64,000 nt of DNA. Source: an uncultured Gammaproteobacteria bacterium (GTDB lineage: Bacteria > Patescibacteriota > Patescibacteriia > UBA9934 > CAZDDW01). This document shows, piece by piece, positions 1 to 7,366 of this stretch. A program made the position numbers and the translations under genes. The notes beneath the pieces were generated by a model. That model saw nothing but the letters and a program-made list of their open reading frames with translations, did not search any database and was not told where the DNA came from. The DNA lies in the NCBI GenBank assembly GCA_965231015.1, contig OZ246408.1, forward strand, positions 211,755 to 275,754, in the 5' to 3' direction. Positions within the stretch are counted from its first letter, which is position 1. Each line of letters begins with the position of its first letter.

Positions 1-1
1 T

Positions 2-30
2 TTGACAAGGGTTTAGTAAATAGGTAAAGT
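2..30 (+). promoter_or_regulatory. sigma70-like promoter TTGACA-17nt-TAAAGT, followed by RBS GAAGGAGG at 50-57, upstream of pyrF
   Basis: TTGACA at 2-7, 17-nt spacer, TAAAGT at 25-30; strong SD 10 nt before the ATG at 67. Confidence 0.4.
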
Positions 31-66
31 TGCAAATGCCTAGATAGGCAGAAGGAGGTTCTGGAT

Positions 67-846
67 ATGGGTAAGCGACTGGAGTTCGACTTCCATAAGC
101 GGCTCATTTTTGCTATCGACGTCACGACCTACGCAGACCTGATGCGGTACATGCAACTCGCGCACAAGAGCGGGATCAAGACTGTGAAGCTTGGTGCAAC
201 CATCATGGCTTCGCGTCTGCGCGACCAGGCCTTCGAGATGACCGCGCGTTACGGCCTCGACGTCATGGTTGACCTCAAGTTCCACGATATCCCGTTCCAG
301 GCCAGTGGGGCGGTCGAGATGATCACGCGCGACTTCACGCCGCAGATTATGACCGTGCACTGCTCGGGCGGCGGCAAGATGCTTGTGCAGGCCATCGAGG
401 GAGCGCGCCGCGGTATCGAATATCGCGACCCGGACAAGCAGGTCATGCCGCTTCTGGCCGGTATCACCCTTCTCACAAGCATCGATGAGGATGATTTGAA
501 GGAGATTGGGATCATGGGTACCTGTGAGGGGCACGTGCTACGCATGGTCTCTCTTGCTCGGAAAGCTGGGGTGCCCGCACTCGTTTGTTCAACAAGCGAG
601 ATTAAGACCATTCGCCATTTCACCAAAAACACCTTCAAGATCATCGTCCCGGGCATCAGCTTGGAGGGCAAAGGGCGCGATGACCAGGCTCGCACCGGCG
701 AGCCGGGTAACGCCATCCGCGCCGGAGCCGACTACCTGGTAGTCGGTCGTGACATTCGCCGCGCTGATGATCCTGCTCGGGTCGTCAATGAATACTTCAC
801 CCGCATGTCTGCCGCGTTCCAGTGGCGAGCCGAACAGGAGGTGTGA
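67..846 (+). CDS. pyrF: orotidine 5'-phosphate decarboxylase
   Basis: 259-aa ORF with the OMP decarboxylase family N-terminus (..LIFAIDV..) and TIM-barrel-like composition; GC-rich relative to the rest of the window; TGA stop. Confidence 0.7.
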   Translation: MGKRLEFDFHKRLIFAIDVTTYADLMRYMQLAHKSGIKTVKLGATIMASRLRDQAFEMTARYGLDVMVDLKFHDIPFQASGAVEMITRDFTPQIMTVHCSGGGKMLVQAIEGARRGIEYRDPDKQVMPLLAGITLLTSIDEDDLKEIGIMGTCEGHVLRMVSLARKAGVPALVCSTSEIKTIRHFTKNTFKIIVPGISLEGKGRDDQARTGEPGNAIRAGADYLVVGRDIRRADDPARVVNEYFTRMSAAFQWRAEQEV

Positions 847-848
847 GC

Positions 849-1577
849 ATGGATCGAAGCACAAGCGAAACCACTGGCCATCTGCTTGACGAGGTGATCC
901 ATGGTCTCTTCACGGGAATGGAGGGTCAGGAGGGCCAGATTCAGTTTGGTTCGTTCCGACTGAAGATTCATGGGACTTATCCGGACGCATCGGAGTCCCC
1001 GTTCTATATCAACTTGCGGGTTCAGGACAACAAGGGAACCCTGACCGAGGGTCAGGTTTACCATATCGCCGTCTTGTTGGCGGAACGGGTCTGGTTGATG
1101 TATTCAGATCCATCGGAGAGGCCGGATTTTCTGTGCGGTCTCCCGAAGGCCGGTGAGCCGTTCGTGGAGGTTATGAGCCACATCACGAAGATCCCCGTCC
1201 TGAAGCTTCACAAGCGGGGCGAGGGTGACAACCGTCGCATCGTGGCTACCTCGGACATCTATCCGGGCAACGGTCGGAAGGTGCTCGTGGTCGATGATCT
1301 GATCACGAACGCCAAGAGCAAGCTCGAGGGTGTAAGTGCTCTGCGCTGCGCCGACTACTTGGTCAACGATGTTCTCGTTTTCTTGAACCGAGGCGGTGAG
1401 GAGTGTGTGAACGAGCTGGCTCGACACAGTCTCCGTTTGACACATGTGACTACCTTGGAGAAGATGCTGAACACTCTGCAGAGTCTGGGTTGCATCAGCG
1501 CCGAGCTCTGCGACCAGTGCCTGGCCTACCAGGCCGAGCTCGACGCTTACGTGTTCGCTCAGCGCGTCAAGGCCTAG
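849..1577 (+). CDS. pyrE: orotate phosphoribosyltransferase-like type I PRTase (divergent PRPP loop)
   Basis: FGSFRLKIHG..SPFYINLR resembles the OPRTase N-terminus; PRTase motif VLVVDDLITNAKS lacks the usual TGG(T/S); start coupled to the pyrF stop behind RBS GGAGGTG; TAG stop. Confidence 0.5.
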   Translation: MDRSTSETTGHLLDEVIHGLFTGMEGQEGQIQFGSFRLKIHGTYPDASESPFYINLRVQDNKGTLTEGQVYHIAVLLAERVWLMYSDPSERPDFLCGLPKAGEPFVEVMSHITKIPVLKLHKRGEGDNRRIVATSDIYPGNGRKVLVVDDLITNAKSKLEGVSALRCADYLVNDVLVFLNRGGEECVNELARHSLRLTHVTTLEKMLNTLQSLGCISAELCDQCLAYQAELDAYVFAQRVKA

Positions 1578-1685
1578 CACATCGCTATTGAACGCAGCGG
1601 ATCTGTCCCGCCCGGGGACCGATCCGTTTTTTGTTTGAAAAGGGTTGACAGGAGAATAAATATAGGGTACTATTTCGCTACTTAT

Positions 1686-1762
1686 GGGTGATTAGCTCAG
1701 TTGGCTAGAGCATCTCGTTTACACCGAGAGGGTCGGGGGTTCGAGTCCCTCATCACCCACCA
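1686..1762 (+). tRNA. tRNA-Val (anticodon TAC), CCA encoded
   Basis: Cloverleaf GGGTGAT...ATCACCCACCA, anticodon loop TTTACAC, T-arm GGTTCGAGTCC. Confidence 0.85.
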
Positions 1763-1768
1763 AAAAAT

Positions 1769-1796
1769 TCCGAGTTTGATCTCGGAGTTTTTTTGT
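1769..1796 (+). terminator. rho-independent terminator after tRNA-Val
   Basis: TCCGAG-TTTGAT-CTCGGA hairpin followed by a T7 run. Confidence 0.55.
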
Positions 1797-1800
1797 TTTA

Positions 1801-1837
1801 AAAAAAGTACCACCCGCGTGATTGAGTTAGCGGGTGG
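1801..1837 (-). terminator. rho-independent terminator for the PurE-like gene (minus strand)
   Basis: CCACCCGC/GCGGGTGG stem followed by a T-run on the minus strand (A-run 1801-1807 on plus). Confidence 0.45.
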
Positions 1838-1863
1838 ACGTAATAGGCACGACAAGTCAGATT

Positions 1864-2244
1864 TCAGGATGCGTCTCGTTGCTCGGTCAGCCCTTGGAGG
1901 ATCTCAGGAAGTTCGTGAACAATCTTGGGCAGAGCCACAACCTCAGCTACACCCATGCTCTGGTAGAACGTTCGTTCAGCAGCCAAGTTGACATGACGGT
2001 TGTTGATCGCCACAATGACGTGCTGACACTGCTTCTGGTGGCTGGCAGCATGTACAGCAGCGAAATGAGGCTCGGCTCCCGGACAGGTCGTGGAGATGAT
2101 TGCGAGTTTGGCCGTATTGCTCTTGATCCAGGCAATAGTCCGAGTAGTATCGGGAACATGGACCAGGGTTTTGAATCCACATTCTTTGAGCATGTCTTCC
2201 AGCCCCTCGGGCACCTCTCGAGATGCAATCATCACCGAATCCAT
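1864..2244 (-). CDS. PurE (N5-CAIR mutase/AIR carboxylase)-like flavodoxin-fold protein, degenerate active site
   Basis: Aligns by eye to PurE: MDSVMIASRE ~ IGIIMGSDSD, VHVPDTTRTI ~ VVSAHRTP, AIISTTCPGAEPHFAAVHAAS ~ VIIAGAGGAAHLPGMVAA; RBS GGAGA before the ATG at 2244. Confidence 0.45.
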   Translation of the reverse strand: MDSVMIASREVPEGLEDMLKECGFKTLVHVPDTTRTIAWIKSNTAKLAIISTTCPGAEPHFAAVHAASHQKQCQHVIVAINNRHVNLAAERTFYQSMGVAEVVALPKIVHELPEILQGLTEQRDAS

Positions 2245-2306
2245 GATTTCTCCTGACCTGTCTTTAAGATGGAAAGGGCGTGTCCCGCACGAAGTATAAT
2301 GAAAAA

Positions 2307-2597
2307 ATGACAAGTCGTCAATATTTTGGCATAATAGTTTTAGCTATGCCTTTGTTTTGGAGAATTGTTATCGGAATAATTGTTGCCGCCTTCGGCTTTT
2401 TTATGGTTTGGAAGACCACGATTGTTCAGGGTTGGGTTGGACGCATACAATGGGCCGAGGAAAAGCTAGGCAGCGGTGGCACTAATACCTTTTTGAAATT
2501 ACTGGGAGTAGGAGTCGTGTTTCTCGGTGTGTTTTACATGACCGGTATTTTTGGTGATATTGTGACCGGACTTCTATCTTTTATTACCCCTAGTTAA
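2307..2597 (+). CDS. small integral membrane protein (2-3 TM), hypothetical
   Basis: Hydrophobic segments; first gene of a tightly packed 5-gene plus-strand run. Confidence 0.4.
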   Translation: MTSRQYFGIIVLAMPLFWRIVIGIIVAAFGFFMVWKTTIVQGWVGRIQWAEEKLGSGGTNTFLKLLGVGVVFLGVFYMTGIFGDIVTGLLSFITPS

Positions 2598-2598
2598 T

Positions 2599-3159
2599 AT
2601 GCCAGTTATTCCTACCGGTAAAGCTCTGCTTGATGCGGAGAAAATATTAGCCCAGGCAGGATTGGTTGCGGACATGACCGTAGCCGACCTTGGTTGCGGC
2701 ACAATTGGTCATTTTACTTTTCCAGCCGCTCGAATTGTTGGAGAACACGGTAAAGTATATGCGGTTGATATTTTAAAAGGTGCCTTAGCCGGGATCGAAA
2801 GCCGGGTTCAAATTGAATCTATTCATAATGTGGAAACAGTTTGGGGAGACTTAGAAAGAGTTGGGGGAGTTCGTATCCCGGATGATTCAGTGGATTTGGT
2901 CATTATGGTCAATGTGGCAACTTTGGCACAAAAAACCCCAGCGGTTTCTGCTGAAGTAAAACGCCTTTTAAAGACCGGAGGAAAGCTGTTAGCTGTTGAT
3001 TGGAAACCAAACGAATCTAGTATCGGGCCAAACCCACGTGATCGTGTAAGTGCTGAAGAAATGGCCAAGGTCTTCACAAAACATAAATTTGTTGTTATAA
3101 AAGAGTTCGAAGCTGGTTCGAATCATTGGGCCCTAGTTCTTAAAAAGCAATCACAGTAG
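2599..3159 (+). CDS. class I SAM-dependent methyltransferase
   Basis: Motif I VADLGCGTIGHF, motif post-I VYAVDIL, Rossmann-like layout. Confidence 0.7.
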   Translation: MPVIPTGKALLDAEKILAQAGLVADMTVADLGCGTIGHFTFPAARIVGEHGKVYAVDILKGALAGIESRVQIESIHNVETVWGDLERVGGVRIPDDSVDLVIMVNVATLAQKTPAVSAEVKRLLKTGGKLLAVDWKPNESSIGPNPRDRVSAEEMAKVFTKHKFVVIKEFEAGSNHWALVLKKQSQ

Positions 3160-3161
3160 AT

Positions 3162-3593
3162 ATGTTTGATACTCTTTTAAGCCTGGATTTTTGGTTTCAA
3201 AATCCACCACCCCCTCTATCGCCGTTTTTTGAGCGGGGATTATTTGCCTTTTTTGGCATCATGTTGATTGTCGGAGCGATTGTACGCATCATGGCTAACT
3301 ATAAAAAAGAAGACAGATTAGTTCTTTCTATCTTTAATCGAGCTGGCAATTTGTTGGTTAGCATGGGCTTGATTGGTCTGATTTTATTTTTCTTTTCTTA
3401 TGAAAGGATTCCGTTATTAGGTATGCGCATGTGGTTTATTGTTTGGGGTTTGGGATTGCTTGCCTGGGTAGGAACATCTGTTTTTTATGCCTGTAAGACT
3501 GTGCCGTGTTTGCGTCGTCAAGCAATCGCCAAAGAAGAACGGATGAAGTATTTTCCAAAGAGTAAGAAGAAGAAAAGTAAAAAGCGCCGTTAG
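3162..3593 (+). CDS. membrane protein with lysine-rich C-terminus, hypothetical
   Basis: 4 predicted TM helices, tail KSKKKKSKKRR. Confidence 0.4.
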   Translation: MFDTLLSLDFWFQNPPPPLSPFFERGLFAFFGIMLIVGAIVRIMANYKKEDRLVLSIFNRAGNLLVSMGLIGLILFFFSYERIPLLGMRMWFIVWGLGLLAWVGTSVFYACKTVPCLRRQAIAKEERMKYFPKSKKKKSKKRR

Positions 3594-3594
3594 T

Positions 3595-3948
3595 ATGGAT
3601 GCGCGGAGGAAGCTTGGTAATAAAGGCGAAGAATTAGCAGCACATTTTTTAGAAGACCTTGGATACAAAGTTATTGATCGTCAGTACCGAACTCGTTTTG
3701 GTGAAATTGACCTCGTGGCCCGTGATGGTCACGAGCTTGTTTTTGTGGAAGTAAAAACCAGGACTAATCTCGCCTTTGGTCACCCCGAAGAAGCAGTGCA
3801 TTCGCAGAAGCTTTCACGCATGGTCAGAGCCGGAGAAATGTATCTAGAAAAGCATCGACTTGAGTCATATTCGTACCGCTATGATGTTATTGCGATCACT
3901 TGGGTCGACGGCGAGGTACCGGAGGTGGTACATTTAAAGGCAGTGTAG
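3595..3948 (+). CDS. yraN: YraN-family (UPF0102) endonuclease
   Basis: GEELAAHFLEDLGYKVIDRQYRTRFGEIDLVARDG..VFVEVKTR; PD-(D/E)xK-like signature of UPF0102. Confidence 0.75.
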   Translation: MDARRKLGNKGEELAAHFLEDLGYKVIDRQYRTRFGEIDLVARDGHELVFVEVKTRTNLAFGHPEEAVHSQKLSRMVRAGEMYLEKHRLESYSYRYDVIAITWVDGEVPEVVHLKAV

Positions 3949-3955
3949 TAGGTTC

Positions 3956-3984
3956 TTGACATTTTGCACACCCGGTGGTACTCT
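3956..3984 (+). promoter_or_regulatory. sigma70-like promoter TTGACA-17-TACTCT for nusA
   Basis: Hexamers at 3956-3961 and 3979-3984 with exact 17-nt spacing, about 150 nt before nusA. Confidence 0.4.
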
Positions 3985-4133
3985 CTAACCACTGGACCTG
4001 TCGGAAACGACAGGTTCTATTGCTAAATAAGACAAATTTAACAATTTACTAAGGTTCAATTTTCATTTAATTTTCAAGTATCAATTTCCAACATTGATTA
4101 TTGATTATTCATTCGAAAATTGAAAACTGAAAA

Positions 4134-5558
4134 TTGAAATTTCATATGGCATCACCTATTGAACAGGCTATTCGTCAGATCTGTGATGAAAAAGGCCTTT
4201 CTTATGAAGCGGTAATCGAGACTATCGAGACAGCTCTCGCTGCTGCCTACCGAAAAGACTTCGGTGAGAAAAATCAAAACGTTGAAGTGGAGTTCGACCC
4301 TGAAACGGCCGGAGTTCGCGCTTTTGACGTTAAAACAGTTGTGGAGGATATTCCGGAAGAAGCCTTAGAAAAAACCGAGGAAGAACGTAAAGCTAAAGTC
4401 GCTGAACGAGAAGAGAAGATCAAGGAACTAAAAGACGCTGGAAAAGAAATTCCACCAGAACTTGAAGAGCCAATTGAAGTTGAAGGGCCTACCTTTAATC
4501 CAAAAATCGAAATCATGTTGAGTGCAGCCAAAGAGATCGATAAAGATATTGATATCGATCAAGTTTTACGCCAAGAACTCGAAGTGCCCGGTGAGTTTGG
4601 AAGAATGGCCGCGATGACCGCCAAGCAGGTGGTAACGCAAAAGTTGCGAGAAGCTGAACGTGAAATTTTGTATAGTGAATACAAAGAAATGGAAAACGAG
4701 GTCATTACCGGAACTGTACAACGACGTGAAGGTCGGGTGATCCTGGTTGATCTTGGACGGGTGACCGGAGTTGTGCGACCAGAGGATCAGGTTCAGTCAG
4801 AGCGATACAATTCAGGTGACCGTCTTAAGTTTTTCGTACGTCAAGTTGCATTAACGACCAAGGGCCCGGAAATTTTGCTTTCTCGAACGTCAGAGGAATT
4901 GGTAAGTCGCATGTTTGAAATTGAGATTCCGGAAGTCGCGGAAGGTGATGTAGAAATCAAGAATATTTCTCGGGAAGCTGGCAGTCGAAGCAAGGTTGCT
5001 GTTTGGACCGGAGACGATGGAATTGATCCAATTGGGGCTTGTATTGGCCAGCGTGGAACCAGAATCCAGACTATTATACAGGAGCTTGGCGGAGAGAAGA
5101 TTGATGTGATTGAATGGAGTGAGGACGCTGAAGAGTATATTTCTAACTCTCTGGCTCCGGCTAAAGTGAAGCAGATCGATCTTAATGAAGAAGAGAAGTC
5201 AGCTGTGGTGACCGTGGACGTAGACCAATTGTCATTGGCAATTGGTAAGGGTGGTCAGAATGTTCGTCTGGCGGCTCGGCTAACTGATTGGAAAATTAAT
5301 GTGGTAGAAGAAGGCAAAACGGTAGAAGAGATGCAGGCGGAAAGGCAAGAGCAGAATGAGAAAAAAGATGCCAAAGAAACAGACAAGACTGAAGAGTCAA
5401 AGGAGTCTGAAGAAACAGAAGAAAAGACTGACGTGGATGAACAGCCTCAAAAAGAAACCAAGGAACAAACTAAAGAACAAACTAAGGAGGATGATTCTGC
5501 CAAAGCAGAAGCCTCGCCAGAGGATGACGATGGCGAGAAGACCTCAGAAGAAAAATAA
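4134..5558 (+). CDS. nusA: transcription termination/antitermination factor NusA, with acidic/lysine-rich C-terminal tail
   Basis: N-terminal NusA domain, S1 and tandem KH regions (…GACIGQRGTRIQ…, …IGKGGQNVRLA…); start could be 4134 or 4146. Confidence 0.85.
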   Translation: MKFHMASPIEQAIRQICDEKGLSYEAVIETIETALAAAYRKDFGEKNQNVEVEFDPETAGVRAFDVKTVVEDIPEEALEKTEEERKAKVAEREEKIKELKDAGKEIPPELEEPIEVEGPTFNPKIEIMLSAAKEIDKDIDIDQVLRQELEVPGEFGRMAAMTAKQVVTQKLREAEREILYSEYKEMENEVITGTVQRREGRVILVDLGRVTGVVRPEDQVQSERYNSGDRLKFFVRQVALTTKGPEILLSRTSEELVSRMFEIEIPEVAEGDVEIKNISREAGSRSKVAVWTGDDGIDPIGACIGQRGTRIQTIIQELGGEKIDVIEWSEDAEEYISNSLAPAKVKQIDLNEEEKSAVVTVDVDQLSLAIGKGGQNVRLAARLTDWKINVVEEGKTVEEMQAERQEQNEKKDAKETDKTEESKESEETEEKTDVDEQPQKETKEQTKEQTKEDDSAKAEASPEDDDGEKTSEEK

Positions 5559-5561
5559 TCT

Positions 5562-6347
5562 ATGGTTGAATTATTTAACACTTATTTGTCAGAACCTCTC
5601 TATAACTTATTGGTTCTGCTTTACAACGTAATTCCGGGGCAAGAAATCGGTTTTGCTATTATTGCTCTTACCATCATAATCAAACTTATCCTTTGGCCAC
5701 TGGCGGCAAAGTCATTAAAGGGTCAAGCGGCTCTTCAAGAGTTGCAACCAAAAATAGAGGAATTAAAAAAGCAGCATAAAGATGACAAGGAAGCCATGAG
5801 CAAAGCCATGATGGAGCTTTACGCCAAGGAAAAAGTAAACCCACTTAGTTCATGCTTGCCTCTTCTGATACAACTGCCAATCATTCTGGCTTTATACCGC
5901 GTTTTTCTGCGCGGGCTAAATGGTGAAGCAGGGGTTTATGATTTATATCCGTTTGTGACAGATCCGGGAATTATCAATCCTGTTTTTCTTGGTTTGGTTG
6001 ATCTTTCTAACCCAAACATTATTCTGGCAATATTGGCCGGTATCTTCCAATTTATTCAAGCTAAGATGATGATCACTAATCGGCCACCGCCACAGGTCAG
6101 AGGTTCTGAAGGGGCTAAAGACGAAAACATGATGGCCAACATGAATAAATCTATGATTTATTTCTTGCCGGTTATTACTGTGGTCATTGGTGCCTCTCTC
6201 CCATCTGGACTAACTTTGTACTGGGCTGTGGTAAATATTATTGCAGTCATTCAACAGCTCATCTTTTTCCGAGGCAAAAAACCGGCCAAGCCGGATCAGG
6301 CTCCGCCTGAGAAACCCAAGTCTGAACCAGAAGTACTGGAAAACTAA
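5562..6347 (+). CDS. yidC: membrane protein insertase YidC/Oxa1 (short form)
   Basis: KLILWPLAAKSLKGQAALQELQPKIEELKKQHKDDKEAMSKAMMELYAKEKVNPLSSCLPLLIQLPI is a classic YidC core. Confidence 0.8.
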   Translation: MVELFNTYLSEPLYNLLVLLYNVIPGQEIGFAIIALTIIIKLILWPLAAKSLKGQAALQELQPKIEELKKQHKDDKEAMSKAMMELYAKEKVNPLSSCLPLLIQLPIILALYRVFLRGLNGEAGVYDLYPFVTDPGIINPVFLGLVDLSNPNIILAILAGIFQFIQAKMMITNRPPPQVRGSEGAKDENMMANMNKSMIYFLPVITVVIGASLPSGLTLYWAVVNIIAVIQQLIFFRGKKPAKPDQAPPEKPKSEPEVLEN

Positions 6348-6400
6348 TATTGCGACAATTAATTTAGACTGCTAAGGTAGGGGTAAATAACCCTACCTTT

Positions 6401-7321
6401 GTGGTTGATGAAATTCGAACAACCAGTGATTTAGACCAAGCAATCCTAAAAACCATTGCCTATTTTTCTTTATTTGATTATCCCTTAACTACTTTTGAGG
6501 TTTGGAAGTGGCTTTTTGGATCTCGAAAACAGTATACATATCAGGAGGTGCGACAAACCTTATGGAATAGTGATATTTTAGAAAATAGAATCGAGCACAG
6601 TAATGGTTTTTGGGGAATGAGTGGATCTTTGGTGGCGAGCTTGGTGGCTACGCGACATGAGCGATGGCTTGATGCTTGGCGGAAATATAAAAGACTGCGC
6701 AAGGCGGTTAAATATCTATCCCGTTTACCTAGTGTGCGGGGGATTGCCGCTTGTAATACGCTTGGTTGGAATAACACCCGAGTTGACAGCGACATTGATA
6801 TTTTCATTTTGGTCAAAGAGGGAAGTATTTGGACGACCAGACTTCTTGCGGTCAGCCCGTTTAAGATTTTAAAAATGCGACCTGGAGAATCGCGTGATCC
6901 TCTTTGTTTTTCTTTCTTCCTTACTGACACCAATCTAAACATTGCAAGTCTAGCGTTAGAACCAGATGATCCATACTTAACTTTTTGGACGCGTTCAATT
7001 GTTCCGGTTTTTGATAGAGACGGAGTGTTCCATGAGTTTGATCAGGCTAATAGTTGGGCACAAGAAGCTCTTCCCAACAGTTGTGCTGTAGCCGAGCACC
7101 GGATGCGAACTTGTCCGGCTTTTGGGAAAGCCCGTCGAATGCTGGGTTGTTTTGAAAACATGGCGGCCAGGATACAACGCTCTCGGTTTCCAGAGGTAAT
7201 TCAAAATATGGCCAATCGTGATTCCAGGGTTGTTGTCTCAGACGCGATTTTAAAGTTCCACGACAACGACCGCCGAGAAGAATATCGGGACAAGCTGGTC
7301 GCAAAGATACAAGAAATGTAG
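6401..7321 (+). CDS. putative nucleotidyltransferase (Pol-beta superfamily), hypothetical
   Basis: GIAACNTLGWNNTRVDSDIDIFILV fits the minimal NTase G[SA]-x9-13-DxD motif; GTG start; flanked on both sides by GTAGGGG-headed hairpins. Confidence 0.35.
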   Translation: MVDEIRTTSDLDQAILKTIAYFSLFDYPLTTFEVWKWLFGSRKQYTYQEVRQTLWNSDILENRIEHSNGFWGMSGSLVASLVATRHERWLDAWRKYKRLRKAVKYLSRLPSVRGIAACNTLGWNNTRVDSDIDIFILVKEGSIWTTRLLAVSPFKILKMRPGESRDPLCFSFFLTDTNLNIASLALEPDDPYLTFWTRSIVPVFDRDGVFHEFDQANSWAQEALPNSCAVAEHRMRTCPAFGKARRMLGCFENMAARIQRSRFPEVIQNMANRDSRVVVSDAILKFHDNDRREEYRDKLVAKIQEM

Positions 7322-7366
7322 GGGTAACCACAAGGGTTACCCCTACATTTGTGATACAATGTTTCA

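Noticed and set aside
40-534. 164-aa minus-strand ORF overlapping pyrF, and similar long antisense or alternative-frame ORFs (for example 249-716, 32025-32477, 33055-33642, 33207-33920, 9181-9693, 16176-16856, 12440-12901, 46522-46977)
   Set aside because: They lie inside well-supported genes. High-GC coding sequence and the rarity of stops on the opposite strand explain them. They have no RBS and no motifs.
5356-5631. Lys-rich 91-aa ORF overlapping the nusA 3' end
   Set aside because: It is an alternative frame of the acidic/lysine-rich NusA tail (GAA/AAG-rich DNA) and runs across the yidC start.
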